DNA of 32,000 nucleotides. Source: Gammaproteobacteria bacterium. GTDB lineage: Bacteria > Pseudomonadota > Gammaproteobacteria > S012-40. How positions within the stretch are numbered: position 1 is the stretch's first letter; the number at the start of each line of letters is the position of its first letter. The DNA lies in NCBI GenBank assembly GCA_029881255.1, contig JAOUMY010000003.1, positions 26,732 to 58,731 of the forward strand, given 5' to 3'. This document shows, in pieces, positions 1-10,413 of this stretch. The translations under genes were made by a program, and so were the position numbers. The notes below the pieces were generated by a model. The model saw only the letters and a program-made list of their open reading frames with translations, was not told where the DNA came from and searched no databases.

Positions 1-2
1 AC

Positions 3-995
3 AACATCGTAGAAGTAAGCGGCTACTCCTCGGGCACCGGAAGCATATACGCGACGCGTATTGAATTGAAAAAGGCCGACTTCACCGTTGGTGAAGAAAT
101 GGAATTGAAAGGCGTGATCTCCCAACTGACAGACGCTACGTTTGTTATCGGCGGCATGACAGTGAACCACCTGAGTGCCGTACTGGAAGATTTCGAAGGT
201 GTAAGCCTGGCTGATGGTATGTACGTTGAGGTTAAGAGCACAGAAGGACTTGACGGAAACCAAAACCTGATCGCCTCCAAGATTCAACTCGAAAACAAGG
301 ATGGCAAAGGCGAAAAACGCGAAGACGGCGAAGAAATGGAGATCGAAGGTCTGGTCACTGGCGCGGTTAACGCCGATTTGACCGAAGTCGAAATCAACGG
401 CCAAAAGGTGTTACTTCGCGAGAAGACCGAATTCGAACACGGAGATGCAAGCCTATTGCTTGCTGGTACCAAAGTCGAGGTCGAAGGGGAGTTTGATTCG
501 AACGGCGCATTCATCGCCGAAGAAATCAAGTTCCGCGCCGAAGCCAAAATCGAAATGGATGGGATGCTCGAAGCCGTCGACCCTGCCCAACATACCGTTA
601 CAGTATTTGGACAAGTCGTATCGGTTAATAATCTGACCGTGATGGTCGATGAGCGCAACTCTGGCGATATCGAGCCAGTCAAATATTTCAACCTGAGCCA
701 TCTCGCTGTCGGCGACTGGGTCCAGTTGAAGGCGCACAAAGATGAAAGTGGCAACCTGGTTGCTAACAAATTGGAGCGCGATGACGCCGAAGATGCAAAT
801 AACGGTGTGATCGAAGTGGAGCTGCGTGGCGATATCGACGCCGTGCAGGACAATGGACAGTTACTCGTCGCTGGCGTTGCAGTTGATGTAAGTGCCATAG
901 ACGGAAAAAGCTTTGGTGTTGGCATGGAAATCGAGATGCGAGGAACATACGCCAACGGACTTTTCACAGCGACGGATGTGTCTGTAGAAGAGTAA
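3..995 (+). CDS. DUF5666-type repeat protein, 5'-truncated by the window edge
   Basis: The frame is open upstream of the listed ATG at 66 (NIVEVSGYSSGTGSIYATRIELKKADF...) and matches GNIVEVSGFNSGDGFIYATRVEVKK in the 1880..3334 protein, so the listed start is internal. Repeated beta-type modules such as VEVKSTEGLDGNQNLIASKIQLE. Confidence 0.8.
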   Translation, partial: NIVEVSGYSSGTGSIYATRIELKKADFTVGEEMELKGVISQLTDATFVIGGMTVNHLSAVLEDFEGVSLADGMYVEVKSTEGLDGNQNLIASKIQLENKDGKGEKREDGEEMEIEGLVTGAVNADLTEVEINGQKVLLREKTEFEHGDASLLLAGTKVEVEGEFDSNGAFIAEEIKFRAEAKIEMDGMLEAVDPAQHTVTVFGQVVSVNNLTVMVDERNSGDIEPVKYFNLSHLAVGDWVQLKAHKDESGNLVANKLERDDAEDANNGVIEVELRGDIDAVQDNGQLLVAGVAVDVSAIDGKSFGVGMEIEMRGTYANGLFTATDVSVEE

Positions 996-1052
996 TAGGA
1001 TGAAACGGAGACAGGGATGTCTCCACTACTAACTGGAAAGCAGTAAAGCATT

Positions 1053-1883
1053 ATGAGTGAGCAAGATACCAAAAAGATATTGACGTCAGCGATCTACCGA
1101 GTGTGTCGATCGCTTGTGCGTATCTTGCTGCGTAACGGCATACCCTTCGCAGGGTTTACGGACATCGCCAAGAAAGCCTATGTGGATGTTGCACGCGAGG
1201 AATTCGGTGTTGAAGGCAAGAAGGTTTCAGACTCACGCATTGCCACGATTACGGGGCTAACGCGCAAGGATGTACGACGTGTGAAACTGTTGGATATCCG
1301 CTCAGACACGGAACTTGCCGAACACTATAACCGCGCTGCACGCGTCATATTCGGATGGATACACGACAAGGATTATCAGGACGAAAACGCCAAACCGGTA
1401 CGATTGAAATTTGAAGGAAACAGTCCCTCGTTTAGCGCGCTGACCAAGAAATACAGTGGCGACGTTCCACCCAGAGCAATCTTGGACGAATTGGAACAGG
1501 TAGGCGTAGTCAAGGTGTTAGCCGACGACAGTATCGAAATACTCAAACTCGGTTACATACCTAGCACCAGCCAGGCAGAGAAGCTGAAATTGTTTGGCCG
1601 TGATACTTCCGGGCTGATCGATACCGTAGACCGAAACATTTACAGCGGTGAACAAGCATTTTTTCAACGTAAAGTAAGTTACGACGAATTGCCAGAAGAC
1701 GCGCGAGAAGAAATCCGCGCCATGCTGGAAGTGAAGGGCCAGGAGTTATTGATATATTTTGACGCCATCATGGCAGGTAGAGACGCCAGTCTGAATCCCG
1801 ATCAAAAAGGGAAAAACCACAAGGCTGCTGGTATTGGCATCTACTACTTCGAAGACGATGGCCCAGAGGAACAGGACTCATGA
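1053..1883 (+). CDS. DUF6502-like family protein, possible winged-helix-type N-terminus
   Basis: 276 aa ORF with N-terminus TSAIYRVCRSLVRILLRNGIPFAGFTDIAKKAYVDVAREEF typical of this family; 4-nt overlap (ATGA) with the next CDS. Confidence 0.7.
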   Translation: MSEQDTKKILTSAIYRVCRSLVRILLRNGIPFAGFTDIAKKAYVDVAREEFGVEGKKVSDSRIATITGLTRKDVRRVKLLDIRSDTELAEHYNRAARVIFGWIHDKDYQDENAKPVRLKFEGNSPSFSALTKKYSGDVPPRAILDELEQVGVVKVLADDSIEILKLGYIPSTSQAEKLKLFGRDTSGLIDTVDRNIYSGEQAFFQRKVSYDELPEDAREEIRAMLEVKGQELLIYFDAIMAGRDASLNPDQKGKNHKAAGIGIYYFEDDGPEEQDS

Positions 1884-3334
1884 AACAACAACTGTGGAAA
1901 ACATCGAGCGCTCTGCTGCTCACCCTGTCACTCTTCGCATGTGAAGGTGGCGGCATTACGGGCACAGGTTTTAAAGACCAGGCCGTTGGCGTCATCACCG
2001 GTTTCGGCAGCGTACTTGTCAACGGTATCAAGTTTGAGACCAATAATACCAAGGTGACGATAGACGATATCGAAAACGCCCTGGAAACCGAATTGAAAGT
2101 CGGCATGATAGTCAACATACAAGGCGAGATCGATGAAAACGGCCTCGCAGGATTTGCGAAATCCATTACCTATTCTGACGATGTCGAGGGTACCGTGCTG
2201 GCAAACAATACCTCGGTTGACAACACTCTCAATATTATGGGCCAAACCATTATCGTCAGTCCTGAAACGGTTTTTGGTAGCCAGATCGACACCATTACCA
2301 GAGTAGATGAGATTCAGACAGGAAATATCGTGGAAGTCAGCGGCTTCAATTCTGGTGACGGTTTTATTTACGCCACTCGGGTCGAAGTGAAGAAACTGGC
2401 GCACACTAGTGGAGAAGCGATTGAGGTTTCCGGTTTAATCAAGAGTCTCGATACCCAGGTATTCCTGATTGGCGATATGACGGTAGATTATCGTTCCGCA
2501 GAACTGGTCAATATCCCCAGCAATCAGTTACTCAATGACATGTTTGTTGAAGTGCGCAGCACCGAAGGCATTGATACGGTAAGCAATCGCCTTATCGCCT
2601 CGCGAATCAAACTCGAAGGTGATGGCAAGAAAAAATATCGTCTGGAGAAGGGTCAGGAAATCGAGCTGGAAGGCGTTGTCGCTGACTACAATGCCACTGC
2701 ACAGACTTTTAATCTCAACGGTCAAACCGTGGTGGTAAGCAGCACTACCGAGTTCAAACCCCAGGGTGCCGTGTTACGCGATGGTGCCAAGCTTTCTGTC
2801 AATGGCAGTATCAACGCCAAAGACGAATTGCTTGCCGAGGAGATTGAGATACGCGCCGAGGCCAATCTTAAAGTTCAGGCCTATGTCGAGTGGGTAGATT
2901 CCACTGCACATAGCTTCAAACTGCTCAACAGGACTTTTCTGACCACCAATACCAGCGTGTTCAATGATGAGCGCAACGACGGTTTCGAACCTGTTCGTTA
3001 TATGAATCTGGACCACTTGCGTGAAAATGATTTCGTGGAAGTCAGTGCTTATTATGATGAAGCGGAAGATATCCTGATCGCCACACACATAGAGCGCGAC
3101 GACCCTGAATTCACGCTCAGCAATGCAAGCCAGCAATGGGTGGAAATCAACGGCCTGGTGGCAGAAAACCATTTGCCAGACCTGACTTCAATCAAGATTT
3201 CCGGGATAACCATAGACATCAGTCAAATGTCGGCGGAAGATCAGGCGAATTACATCGTTGGTAAACAGGTTGAGATAATGGGTTACTACGACGAAGTAAC
3301 CCATCTGGTCATCGCCAGCCCGAACGAACCCTGA
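1880..3334 (+). CDS. DUF5666 domain-containing lipoprotein
   Basis: 484 aa, signal peptide with lipobox (LSLFACEGGGITGTG), multiple DUF5666-like modules (GKKYRLEKGQEIELEGVV... / EVRSTEGIDTVSNRLIASRIKLEG). Confidence 0.8.
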   Translation: MKQQLWKTSSALLLTLSLFACEGGGITGTGFKDQAVGVITGFGSVLVNGIKFETNNTKVTIDDIENALETELKVGMIVNIQGEIDENGLAGFAKSITYSDDVEGTVLANNTSVDNTLNIMGQTIIVSPETVFGSQIDTITRVDEIQTGNIVEVSGFNSGDGFIYATRVEVKKLAHTSGEAIEVSGLIKSLDTQVFLIGDMTVDYRSAELVNIPSNQLLNDMFVEVRSTEGIDTVSNRLIASRIKLEGDGKKKYRLEKGQEIELEGVVADYNATAQTFNLNGQTVVVSSTTEFKPQGAVLRDGAKLSVNGSINAKDELLAEEIEIRAEANLKVQAYVEWVDSTAHSFKLLNRTFLTTNTSVFNDERNDGFEPVRYMNLDHLRENDFVEVSAYYDEAEDILIATHIERDDPEFTLSNASQQWVEINGLVAENHLPDLTSIKISGITIDISQMSAEDQANYIVGKQVEIMGYYDEVTHLVIASPNEP

Positions 3335-3365
3335 TCAATCCACCTACTTTCACCTTTAACATTCC

Positions 3366-3395
3366 ATTCACCCACTACAGCGCTAGTGGGTGAAT
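3366..3395 (+). terminator. Strong hairpin terminator downstream of the DUF5666/DUF6502 operon
   Basis: Perfect 12-bp stem ATTCACCCACTA-cagcgc-TAGTGGGTGAAT followed by GTTTTC. Confidence 0.8.
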
Positions 3396-3446
3396 GTTTT
3401 CATTGTTATGATAAACGCCAATACGTATTCCGGAGATTTTGACACT

Positions 3447-4766
3447 ATGTCTGCCCAAAACACTGATCCATTCGTCAACTGGTTCAGACAATCCTCGCCA
3501 TATATCAACGCGCATCGTCGGCGTACGTTTGTGGTGTATGTGGGCGGCGAGGCTATCATCGAAGAAGACTGCATCCGTGGCATCGTCCACGATATCGCTC
3601 TACTCAATAGTCTGGGGGTAAGACTGGTGTTAGTTCATGGCGCGCGTCCGCAGATAGAGTCATCGCTTAAGGCGCATAGTATCGACGCGCCACTGCATAA
3701 GGGAATACGCGCCACAAGTGTAGAAGCAATGAATGTGGTGCAGTCTACCGTTGGACGTATACGCAGTCAGTTGGAAGCACGCTTTTCCACCGGGCTGGCC
3801 AATTCGCCAATGGCAGGGGCACGCATACGTATACTCGGTGGCAACCTGGTAATGGCAAAGCCTTTAGGCGTACGTGATGGCGTCGACTATGGACATTCAG
3901 GGGAAGTTCGTCGTATCGACAAGGACGCAATCAATTCCATACTGGATCTCGGCGCTGTTGTACTCATTTCTCCCGTGGGCTACTCGCTCACCGGCGAGGC
4001 ATTCAACATCGGCGCAGAAGACGTGGCCACCGATGTTTCCATTTTACTCAAGGCAGACAAGCTGATTCTGTTTACCGATGAGGCCAATATTTGTGATGAC
4101 GATGGCGAAGCCGTACGTCAGTTAAGCACCACCCAGGCCGAAACGTGTGCCCAACAGAGTGGTAAAGACAATCTTCACTTGTTAAGCGGACTGCGTGCCG
4201 CTAAAAACGGCGTTAGACGCGTGCATCTGGTGGATTATCAAACTGATGGCGCCCTGTTGCGCGAGTTGTTCACCCGCGACGGTATCGGCACGCTGATTAC
4301 CACCGACAATTACGATACCTTACGTCAGGCAAATATCGATGATGTCGGTGGCATCCTGGAATTGATTCGCCCTTTAGAAGAGGAAGGCATACTCGTCAGG
4401 CGTTCACGTGAATTACTGGAGACCGAGGTGAATCATTTCACGGTGCTGGAACGTGACGGCATGATTATCGGCTGCGCCGCACTCTATCCGTATCCTGAAG
4501 AATCCGCAGTGGAAATGGCGTGTCTTGCAGTGCACAAGGATTACCAGAATGGCGGGCGCGGCGATACCTTGTTACATACCATGGAAAAACAGGCACGCAC
4601 CCAGGGCTTTCAGCGTTTGTTCGTATTGTCGTCACGCAGTGGGCATTGGTTTCTGGAACGGGGATATGAGGAAAACAGTGTTGATGTTTTGCCGTTAAAG
4701 AAACAGCAGCTTTATAACTATCAACGTAAATCCAAGGTATTTATCAAACCGCTTGCGCAGGACTAG
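3447..4766 (+). CDS. argA: Amino-acid N-acetyltransferase (N-acetylglutamate synthase)
   Basis: Amino acid kinase-like domain (FVVYVGGEAIIEEDC... LVLVHGARPQIE) plus C-terminal GNAT domain (LAVHKDYQNGGRGDTLLHTMEKQA). The track start at 3390 is GTG and lies inside the upstream terminator, so ATG 3447 (MSAQNTD, GGAG upstream) or 3408 is more likely. Confidence 0.9.
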   Translation: MSAQNTDPFVNWFRQSSPYINAHRRRTFVVYVGGEAIIEEDCIRGIVHDIALLNSLGVRLVLVHGARPQIESSLKAHSIDAPLHKGIRATSVEAMNVVQSTVGRIRSQLEARFSTGLANSPMAGARIRILGGNLVMAKPLGVRDGVDYGHSGEVRRIDKDAINSILDLGAVVLISPVGYSLTGEAFNIGAEDVATDVSILLKADKLILFTDEANICDDDGEAVRQLSTTQAETCAQQSGKDNLHLLSGLRAAKNGVRRVHLVDYQTDGALLRELFTRDGIGTLITTDNYDTLRQANIDDVGGILELIRPLEEEGILVRRSRELLETEVNHFTVLERDGMIIGCAALYPYPEESAVEMACLAVHKDYQNGGRGDTLLHTMEKQARTQGFQRLFVLSSRSGHWFLERGYEENSVDVLPLKKQQLYNYQRKSKVFIKPLAQD

Positions 4767-4839
4767 GCGCGAGGAAACACGCTGCAGGTGTATCTTTCGA
4801 GGTGAAGTGAAATGCTTTTAAGATCGAAACGACATACTG

Positions 4840-5673
4840 CTATTTCATACCCAGGCGACTGGAGTTTGCCGATGTGTCATAGGCAATAAACTGCGCGCGC
4901 TTGATATCGCTTACATCAAACTCATACGGCGCTTCATAGTCACGACTCACGAAACGATTGTCGATATATAACTCCACATAAGACACCGCGCGATTATCTT
5001 CGACGTTGGCAATCACATGTTGCGCGCCTTGCTGAAGGATATAACCACGAGGCGCCTCGAAATCATTTTCCAGAGACATGTTTGCATAACGCACGGCCTG
5101 CTCAACATCAACTGGTTTTATATCTTGTTGCTGAAACGCGATTTGATCATAAACACTTTCACCAAAGATGCCATGTAGGAGTTGCGCCTGACGCAACTGC
5201 GGATTGATCGCCTTCATTTTCAGTATTGCAACCACGGTATCGTCGGCGACAAAGGCGTGGGTCACGATCAGATTATCGAGCATTAAACCCTGGCCAATAA
5301 GACTATCACCAACCACCACGATGATGGCCTCTGGCATGCGCTCTACCATGTCGATGAAAGCGGACAAGTCGTTTATGCCGTCCATCACCACCACATCACT
5401 ACCTGAAACCGATGACATATCACCAGTCTCTGCCCGATAGGCATAGTATTCAAACTCTGCGTTTTTGACCTCTTGCAACGCTACCCTAACCTTATCGAGG
5501 TTATATCCCATGGAAGTTATCTTGAAATGCGGTGTTGATGCCGCAAAGACGCTGTCGATATTTGCCGCGAGAATTAGCAACACAAGTATGGTTACTAACA
5601 GGCCGCCACGTGTACCGGCCTTTTCGCGCCTGATCTGATAGGCACTTTTGTGCTCAAATGCATTTGAATTCAT
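4840..5673 (-). CDS. Hypothetical membrane-anchored or exported protein
   Basis: ORF 4840..5781; start at 5673 (MNSNAFEHKS...) preferred because of the upstream AGGTGG-type RBS. One hydrophobic segment (GGLLVTILVLLILAANIDSVFA), then a predicted globular domain. Confidence 0.65.
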   Translation of the reverse strand: MNSNAFEHKSAYQIRREKAGTRGGLLVTILVLLILAANIDSVFAASTPHFKITSMGYNLDKVRVALQEVKNAEFEYYAYRAETGDMSSVSGSDVVVMDGINDLSAFIDMVERMPEAIIVVVGDSLIGQGLMLDNLIVTHAFVADDTVVAILKMKAINPQLRQAQLLHGIFGESVYDQIAFQQQDIKPVDVEQAVRYANMSLENDFEAPRGYILQQGAQHVIANVEDNRAVSYVELYIDNRFVSRDYEAPYEFDVSDIKRAQFIAYDTSANSSRLGMK

Positions 5674-5870
5674 TCTTACCACCTGTACTGCATTTATATA
5701 ATAAGTATGCAAATAGTCTACTCCCAAACAGGCGATTACATCATGGGCATTCATCACATAACGTAAAGCCGATGCAAACAACTTATGCCAAGGACATCAC
5801 AGTTCTTGCTGGCTAAGAGAACTTCTAAAGAGATGGAAATGAATTCTGGAAGTGCTCTGAGTCCAGATTA

Positions 5871-5895
5871 ACGAAGCGCCAAACAGGCGCTTCGT
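5871..5895 (-). terminator. Hairpin downstream of argG
   Basis: Perfect 10-bp inverted repeat ACGAAGCGCC-aaaca-GGCGCTTCGT between argG and the upstream region; weak T-tract on the minus strand. Confidence 0.55.
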
Positions 5896-5910
5896 TTCTG
5901 AAACACAAAA

Positions 5911-7122
5911 CTAAGCGCGAAGCTTTGCGGCGATACGCATGCGCAGGGCGTTGAGTTTGATAAAACCTTCGGCGTCTTTCTGGTTATAGGCGCCAGCATC
6001 ATCCTCAAAGGTGGCGATATTGGCGTCAAACAGACTATCGGTAGCCGACTCACGACCAACCACAATCACATTGCCTTTATATAGCTTCAATCTGACCGTA
6101 CCGTTGACGCTCGTCTGAGAGGCATCGATCGCCTGCTGCAACATTCTGCGCTCCGGGCTCCACCAATAGCCGTTGTATATCATGCTCGCATAGCGTGGCA
6201 TCAGTTCGTCTTTAAGGTGGGCGGTTTCGCGATCGAGGGTAATCGACTCAATCGCGCGATGGCCTTTCAACATAATCGTGCCTGCAGGCGTTTCGTAACA
6301 GCCGCGAGACTTCATGCCCACATAGCGATTTTCGACGATGTCGGCGCGACCAATCCCGTTCTCGCCGCCTATGCGGTTGAGCAGGATCATCACTTCCGCA
6401 GGTGACATCTCCTTGCCATCCACGGCGACAATGTCACCCTGGCGATAGGTAAGCTCGATATAAACCGGCGCGTCAGGCGCGGCCTCGGGTGATACCGTCC
6501 AGCGCCACATCGACTCTTCCGGTTCCAACCAGGGGTTTTCCAGCTGATCGCCTTCGTAAGAGATGTGCAGCAAGTTCGCATCCATGGAATAAGGCGACTT
6601 TTTACCGCGTTTTTGCTCTATGGGAATGCCATGCTGTTCGGCATAGCCCAGAAGCTTCTCACGGGAAGTCAGATCCCATTCACGCCACGGGGCGATGACA
6701 TGTACGTCTGGCTTTAATGCGTAATAACCCAGCTCAAAGCGCACCTGGTCGTTACCTTTACCTGTTGCGCCGTGTGATACCGCATCAGCGCCGGTCTCAT
6801 TGGCAATCTCGATCTGGCGTTTGGAAATCAGGGGACGGGCGATCGAAGTGCCCAGTAGATATTCCCCTTCATAAATCGTGTTGGCGCGGAACATGGGAAA
6901 CACGAAATCACGGGCATACTCTTCGCGCAGATCGTCGATATAGATCTCGCTCACCCCCATGGCCTTGGCCTTGGCACGGGCCGGTTCCACTTCCTCGCCC
7001 TGGCCGATGTCCGCAGTGAAGGTGACCACCTCGCACTGGTACTCATCCTGCAACCATTTCAGAATAATGGAAGTATCGAGGCCGCCTGAATAGGCCAGCA
7101 CCACCTTCTTGATTTGTGACAT
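5911..7122 (-). CDS. argG: Argininosuccinate synthase
   Basis: 403 aa, N-terminal [39 protein letters not shown]-loop; full-length hallmark sequence. Confidence 0.97.
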   Translation of the reverse strand: MSQIKKVVLAYSGGLDTSIILKWLQDEYQCEVVTFTADIGQGEEVEPARAKAKAMGVSEIYIDDLREEYARDFVFPMFRANTIYEGEYLLGTSIARPLISKRQIEIANETGADAVSHGATGKGNDQVRFELGYYALKPDVHVIAPWREWDLTSREKLLGYAEQHGIPIEQKRGKKSPYSMDANLLHISYEGDQLENPWLEPEESMWRWTVSPEAAPDAPVYIELTYRQGDIVAVDGKEMSPAEVMILLNRIGGENGIGRADIVENRYVGMKSRGCYETPAGTIMLKGHRAIESITLDRETAHLKDELMPRYASMIYNGYWWSPERRMLQQAIDASQTSVNGTVRLKLYKGNVIVVGRESATDSLFDANIATFEDDAGAYNQKDAEGFIKLNALRMRIAAKLRA

Positions 7123-7262
7123 GTTACGCCCTCTATAGAAAAGCTGAGACGGAAAAGGGCGCTGATTTTATCAAGACCCACGGGTATGGTCGAGGGGAGG
7201 TGCTTAAGTGGTGGCTATAATTGGACGAAAAAGTGTGACGAAGCAGGCAATCAGGAGAGAAC

Positions 7263-7685
7263 ATGGGCCAAACCAACAGCTTAAACCAATTTCAGGATAT
7301 CAGCCGCCTGCTGAGCAAAACCCTGCAACGCCATCTTGGGCTGGTGGTAAAACAGTCTGATCGCGATATCGGTACCCTGATGAAGGTTTTTCAGGAACTC
7401 TTGAGCAAGCTACAGCAGAGCGATACGGACAGCTCAACCACCGCCGATGTAATGGCGATACTCGAAGCCCTGCAATTCCACGATCGTATCACCCAGATAC
7501 TCACCTCATCGCAAAAGAGTCTCGAGGTCTACCTGCAGGCCCTGGATGAGCTGAAAAATGGACAGGATATCGATGTCGCTTCGCTGGAAAAAGAGATTCG
7601 TTCACATTTTGTTGTTGCTGAGCAATATGCCGATGACGATCCGGAAAATAAACCGGTAGATAGTGACAAGCCGATATTTTTCTAG
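7263..7685 (+). CDS. Small all-helical protein with weak resemblance to CheZ-like/chemotaxis helical segments
   Basis: 140 aa ORF; helical segment VMAILEALQFHDRITQILTSSQKSLEVYLQAL. ATG preceded by aggagagaac. Confidence 0.6.
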   Translation: MGQTNSLNQFQDISRLLSKTLQRHLGLVVKQSDRDIGTLMKVFQELLSKLQQSDTDSSTTADVMAILEALQFHDRITQILTSSQKSLEVYLQALDELKNGQDIDVASLEKEIRSHFVVAEQYADDDPENKPVDSDKPIFF

Positions 7686-7851
7686 GTTGCACCCGGGAAA
7701 AACGACGGAAGCCGGGAAGATACTGATGTGCGAGCAGCGGTTTTGATGGTGATGTTTTGCGCCATGATGCGAGAATAGAAATCCCGGTTTTTTTTCGATA
7801 TATGCTGGTCATTGTGCAAACGAGTACCGGTTCGATTCCCCGAAATCTTGG

Positions 7852-9132
7852 CTAGTTATCATCGTCCCCAGCCAACTCAACACGGTTACGTCCACCACTC
7901 TTCGCGGTATACAATGCATTATCTGCCGTTTGCATCAAATCTTCCACTGTCATGCCCGGACGCATCTGGGCGATACCGAAGCTTCCCGTGACTTTGAATG
8001 TTTTATCATCATCGCTTCGGAACTCCATGCTTTCCCATCTTTTACGGATACGCTCTATCGCGATATAGGCCTTTTCCTGATCGGTATAGGGCAAAATGAC
8101 AAAGAATTCGTCGCCTCCATAACGACCAACCACATCCTCAGTACGCAATCCGTCTCTCACGCAGTTAGCGAATTCGCTGATAATTCGGTCACCAACATGA
8201 TGACCATGCGTATCGTTTACGCCTTTAAACCTGTCGATGTCGCACATGCACACACTCATTTTGTGGCCATGCCGCGACACGGAATGGAACTCCTCATTCA
8301 GACGCAACATCAATGCATGCCGATTATAAATGCCCGTCAGCGCGTCGGTATTGGCCAGAACATTCAGTTTGTCCGTGGACGACTTGATGCTATTGGCCAT
8401 AGCATTTAAGGCACGCATCAAAATCGAGAATTCGTCGTTCCAGTTTTCCTTGAGACTAACCTCGTAATTACCCCCTTCCACATTGCGCGCAAAGTCCAAA
8501 ACCATTTGCAGACGCGTGGAAAAATTGCGTACCAGAATAAAAGACCCTCCACCAAGCAAAGCCGTCATCAGTCCAACCAGTATCAACACCAGTGTCGTGA
8601 CGCGTTGCAGTTCACTCTGACTTTCCTCGAAGGTGTTATGAAATTCCGTCTTTACCTGTTCCTGCATATTGACCAGATACGCTTCGAGTTGGTTACGCAG
8701 TAGCGCTGTCCGGGTAATCTGCGCCGACAGCTGCGACATATCCTTATCCAGCAAATCCAGTGACAGCTTCCCCGCCACGTCGTTATAGTCGTGAAACATC
8801 TGGTGAAAGGTGTTGAGCCCTACAATGTGCTGACTAATCACCTGCATTTCATCAATGGAATGATTGATTTCCTCTGCATATTCCTTCGCCTTTTCCAATG
8901 CACGCTTGTCACCCAGGAGAACGGTTTCCTCAAACGCGTCTTGCAAACCATTCAGATTCGCGGAGATTTTGCTGACATGCTGGGAAAAAGGCATATAGAT
9001 CGTGTTTAAAGATTCGACCCTGTCGGAGACAGATTGACTGGACATAAAAACGGCCAGCATGGAAATAATGAACACCACAAAGATTAGGGCGCTAAAAGTG
9101 GGAATTAACCAAATTTTTCTACGGACTTCCAT
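7852..9132 (-). CDS. Membrane diguanylate cyclase: two TM segments, periplasmic helical region, HAMP-like region, GGDEF domain
   Basis: GGDEF active-site motif GRYGGDEFFVIL; TM segments near the N-terminus (LIPTFSALIFVVFIISMLAVF) and LVLILVGLMTALLGGGSFILV. Confidence 0.9.
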   Translation of the reverse strand: MEVRRKIWLIPTFSALIFVVFIISMLAVFMSSQSVSDRVESLNTIYMPFSQHVSKISANLNGLQDAFEETVLLGDKRALEKAKEYAEEINHSIDEMQVISQHIVGLNTFHQMFHDYNDVAGKLSLDLLDKDMSQLSAQITRTALLRNQLEAYLVNMQEQVKTEFHNTFEESQSELQRVTTLVLILVGLMTALLGGGSFILVRNFSTRLQMVLDFARNVEGGNYEVSLKENWNDEFSILMRALNAMANSIKSSTDKLNVLANTDALTGIYNRHALMLRLNEEFHSVSRHGHKMSVCMCDIDRFKGVNDTHGHHVGDRIISEFANCVRDGLRTEDVVGRYGGDEFFVILPYTDQEKAYIAIERIRKRWESMEFRSDDDKTFKVTGSFGIAQMRPGMTVEDLMQTADNALYTAKSGGRNRVELAGDDDN

Positions 9133-9366
9133 TGATGGACTCAGATGTTCAAAAAGCCTTGGATTACCTCGGGACTACTAAGGGTTAGCCGCATGTTTAG
9201 ACAAAGTATTTCCGTTTCTTCCCAGTTTGTCGGCACTTACAGCTGTTTGCTTGAACGTATTGCGGAAAAAATATGCCTGTATGCTTGTGTTAAATGGTTT
9301 TTGCCCAAGCATTAAACTCAGCGGGTGTAGACGTTTTTAAGGCAGGTATCAACAGGCGGGAAAGTG

Positions 9367-10413
9367 CTACAAACTTACACTACTTTTTAGCGGATAACGC
9401 TCCATCAAATAGCAAAGACAATCTTGCCGTATAACTTTGGCATCCAGGGTCAACATCGACGGCATCATTCCCTTGGCGAAACGGATTTCACTATTTTCAA
9501 AACGAAAGTATTCGGCTTCGACTTCCTCGCCGTTTTCGTCGATGACTTCAAAATGCACAGTTCCCCCCGCGCGCGTTCGGCCGATCAAAGTGTCAGGCGC
9601 GAGTTCGCGGAAATTCAGATGGTCTAGTTCAGGAAGAAACTGAATATCCGTCTCTTCTTCACCAAAACCAAAACCAAAACTGTATTGCTCCGGAACTTTC
9701 ACTGTGGCAACGGTGTGATAAAGATCGATATCGTGTGAAGCAACCGGGTGCTCAGGAATTTCATGTAAATGCATCAGGGCGGAAAGATATTCACTGGCGT
9801 GCGCATATCCAAGTTCATCACCGGCGCGCCCACACTCTACCGTCACGCTGGGGCACAGTTCGGCCATTGCCATTGATTGCACGCCATGAGGACGAGTGAA
9901 ATAGACCACGGTGCGATTAAACAATGTCGCGAGATGAAAAAAACGATGGTCGAGGCGATTGACGCAGGCGTAATGCGGATTCAAACCGGTGTTATTGTGA
10001 AAGTCGACACTGGCAAACAATTTTTGCGCGCGGGCGTAGTGCATCACATCACACACTAAACTATGTTCAGGTGAGTTTTCGCAATCCTCCCCCCCCAACC
10101 ACACGCGGTTGTAATCCAGTTGATCATCGAGACGACGCATACCTTTGGCGGCAGCGGCAACATTACCGACAAAGAGTATTAATCCTTTGGGCAGAGTCTT
10201 TTCCTGTTGTTGCCGAAGAAATCGTTGCACGGCTTGTAAACCCACGTCTTCATTACCGTGTAACAACACCGACGCAAACAGATTTTCCGGCAGCTTTCCA
10301 CGCAGATGGATCAGACTTGGGCCGGGCAAAATCTTGTATAAATCGGCCGCGCTACTCTCCAGAAACCCAGCGGGCAAAGACTCAAATATCGACAATTCGT
10401 TCATACCAACCAC
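9367..10413 (-). CDS. Succinylglutamate desuccinylase/aspartoacylase family (M14-like) zinc hydrolase
   Basis: Motifs LHGNEDVG and DFHNNTGLNPHY, conserved E in SVTVECGRAG. Confidence 0.85.
   Translation of the reverse strand: MVGMNELSIFESLPAGFLESSAADLYKILPGPSLIHLRGKLPENLFASVLLHGNEDVGLQAVQRFLRQQQEKTLPKGLILFVGNVAAAAKGMRRLDDQLDYNRVWLGGEDCENSPEHSLVCDVMHYARAQKLFASVDFHNNTGLNPHYACVNRLDHRFFHLATLFNRTVVYFTRPHGVQSMAMAELCPSVTVECGRAGDELGYAHASEYLSALMHLHEIPEHPVASHDIDLYHTVATVKVPEQYSFGFGFGEEETDIQFLPELDHLNFRELAPDTLIGRTRAGGTVHFEVIDENGEEVEAEYFRFENSEIRFAKGMMPSMLTLDAKVIRQDCLCYLMERYPLKSSVSL

Noticed and set aside
284-1072. 262-aa minus-strand ORF opposite the first DUF5666 gene
   Set aside because: Serine/threonine/proline-rich translation typical of an antisense shadow; the plus-strand frame has a clear paralog in the same window.
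3390-3446. GTG start at 3390 for argA
   Set aside because: It falls inside the hairpin terminator at 3366-3395; ATG 3447 or 3408 is more plausible.
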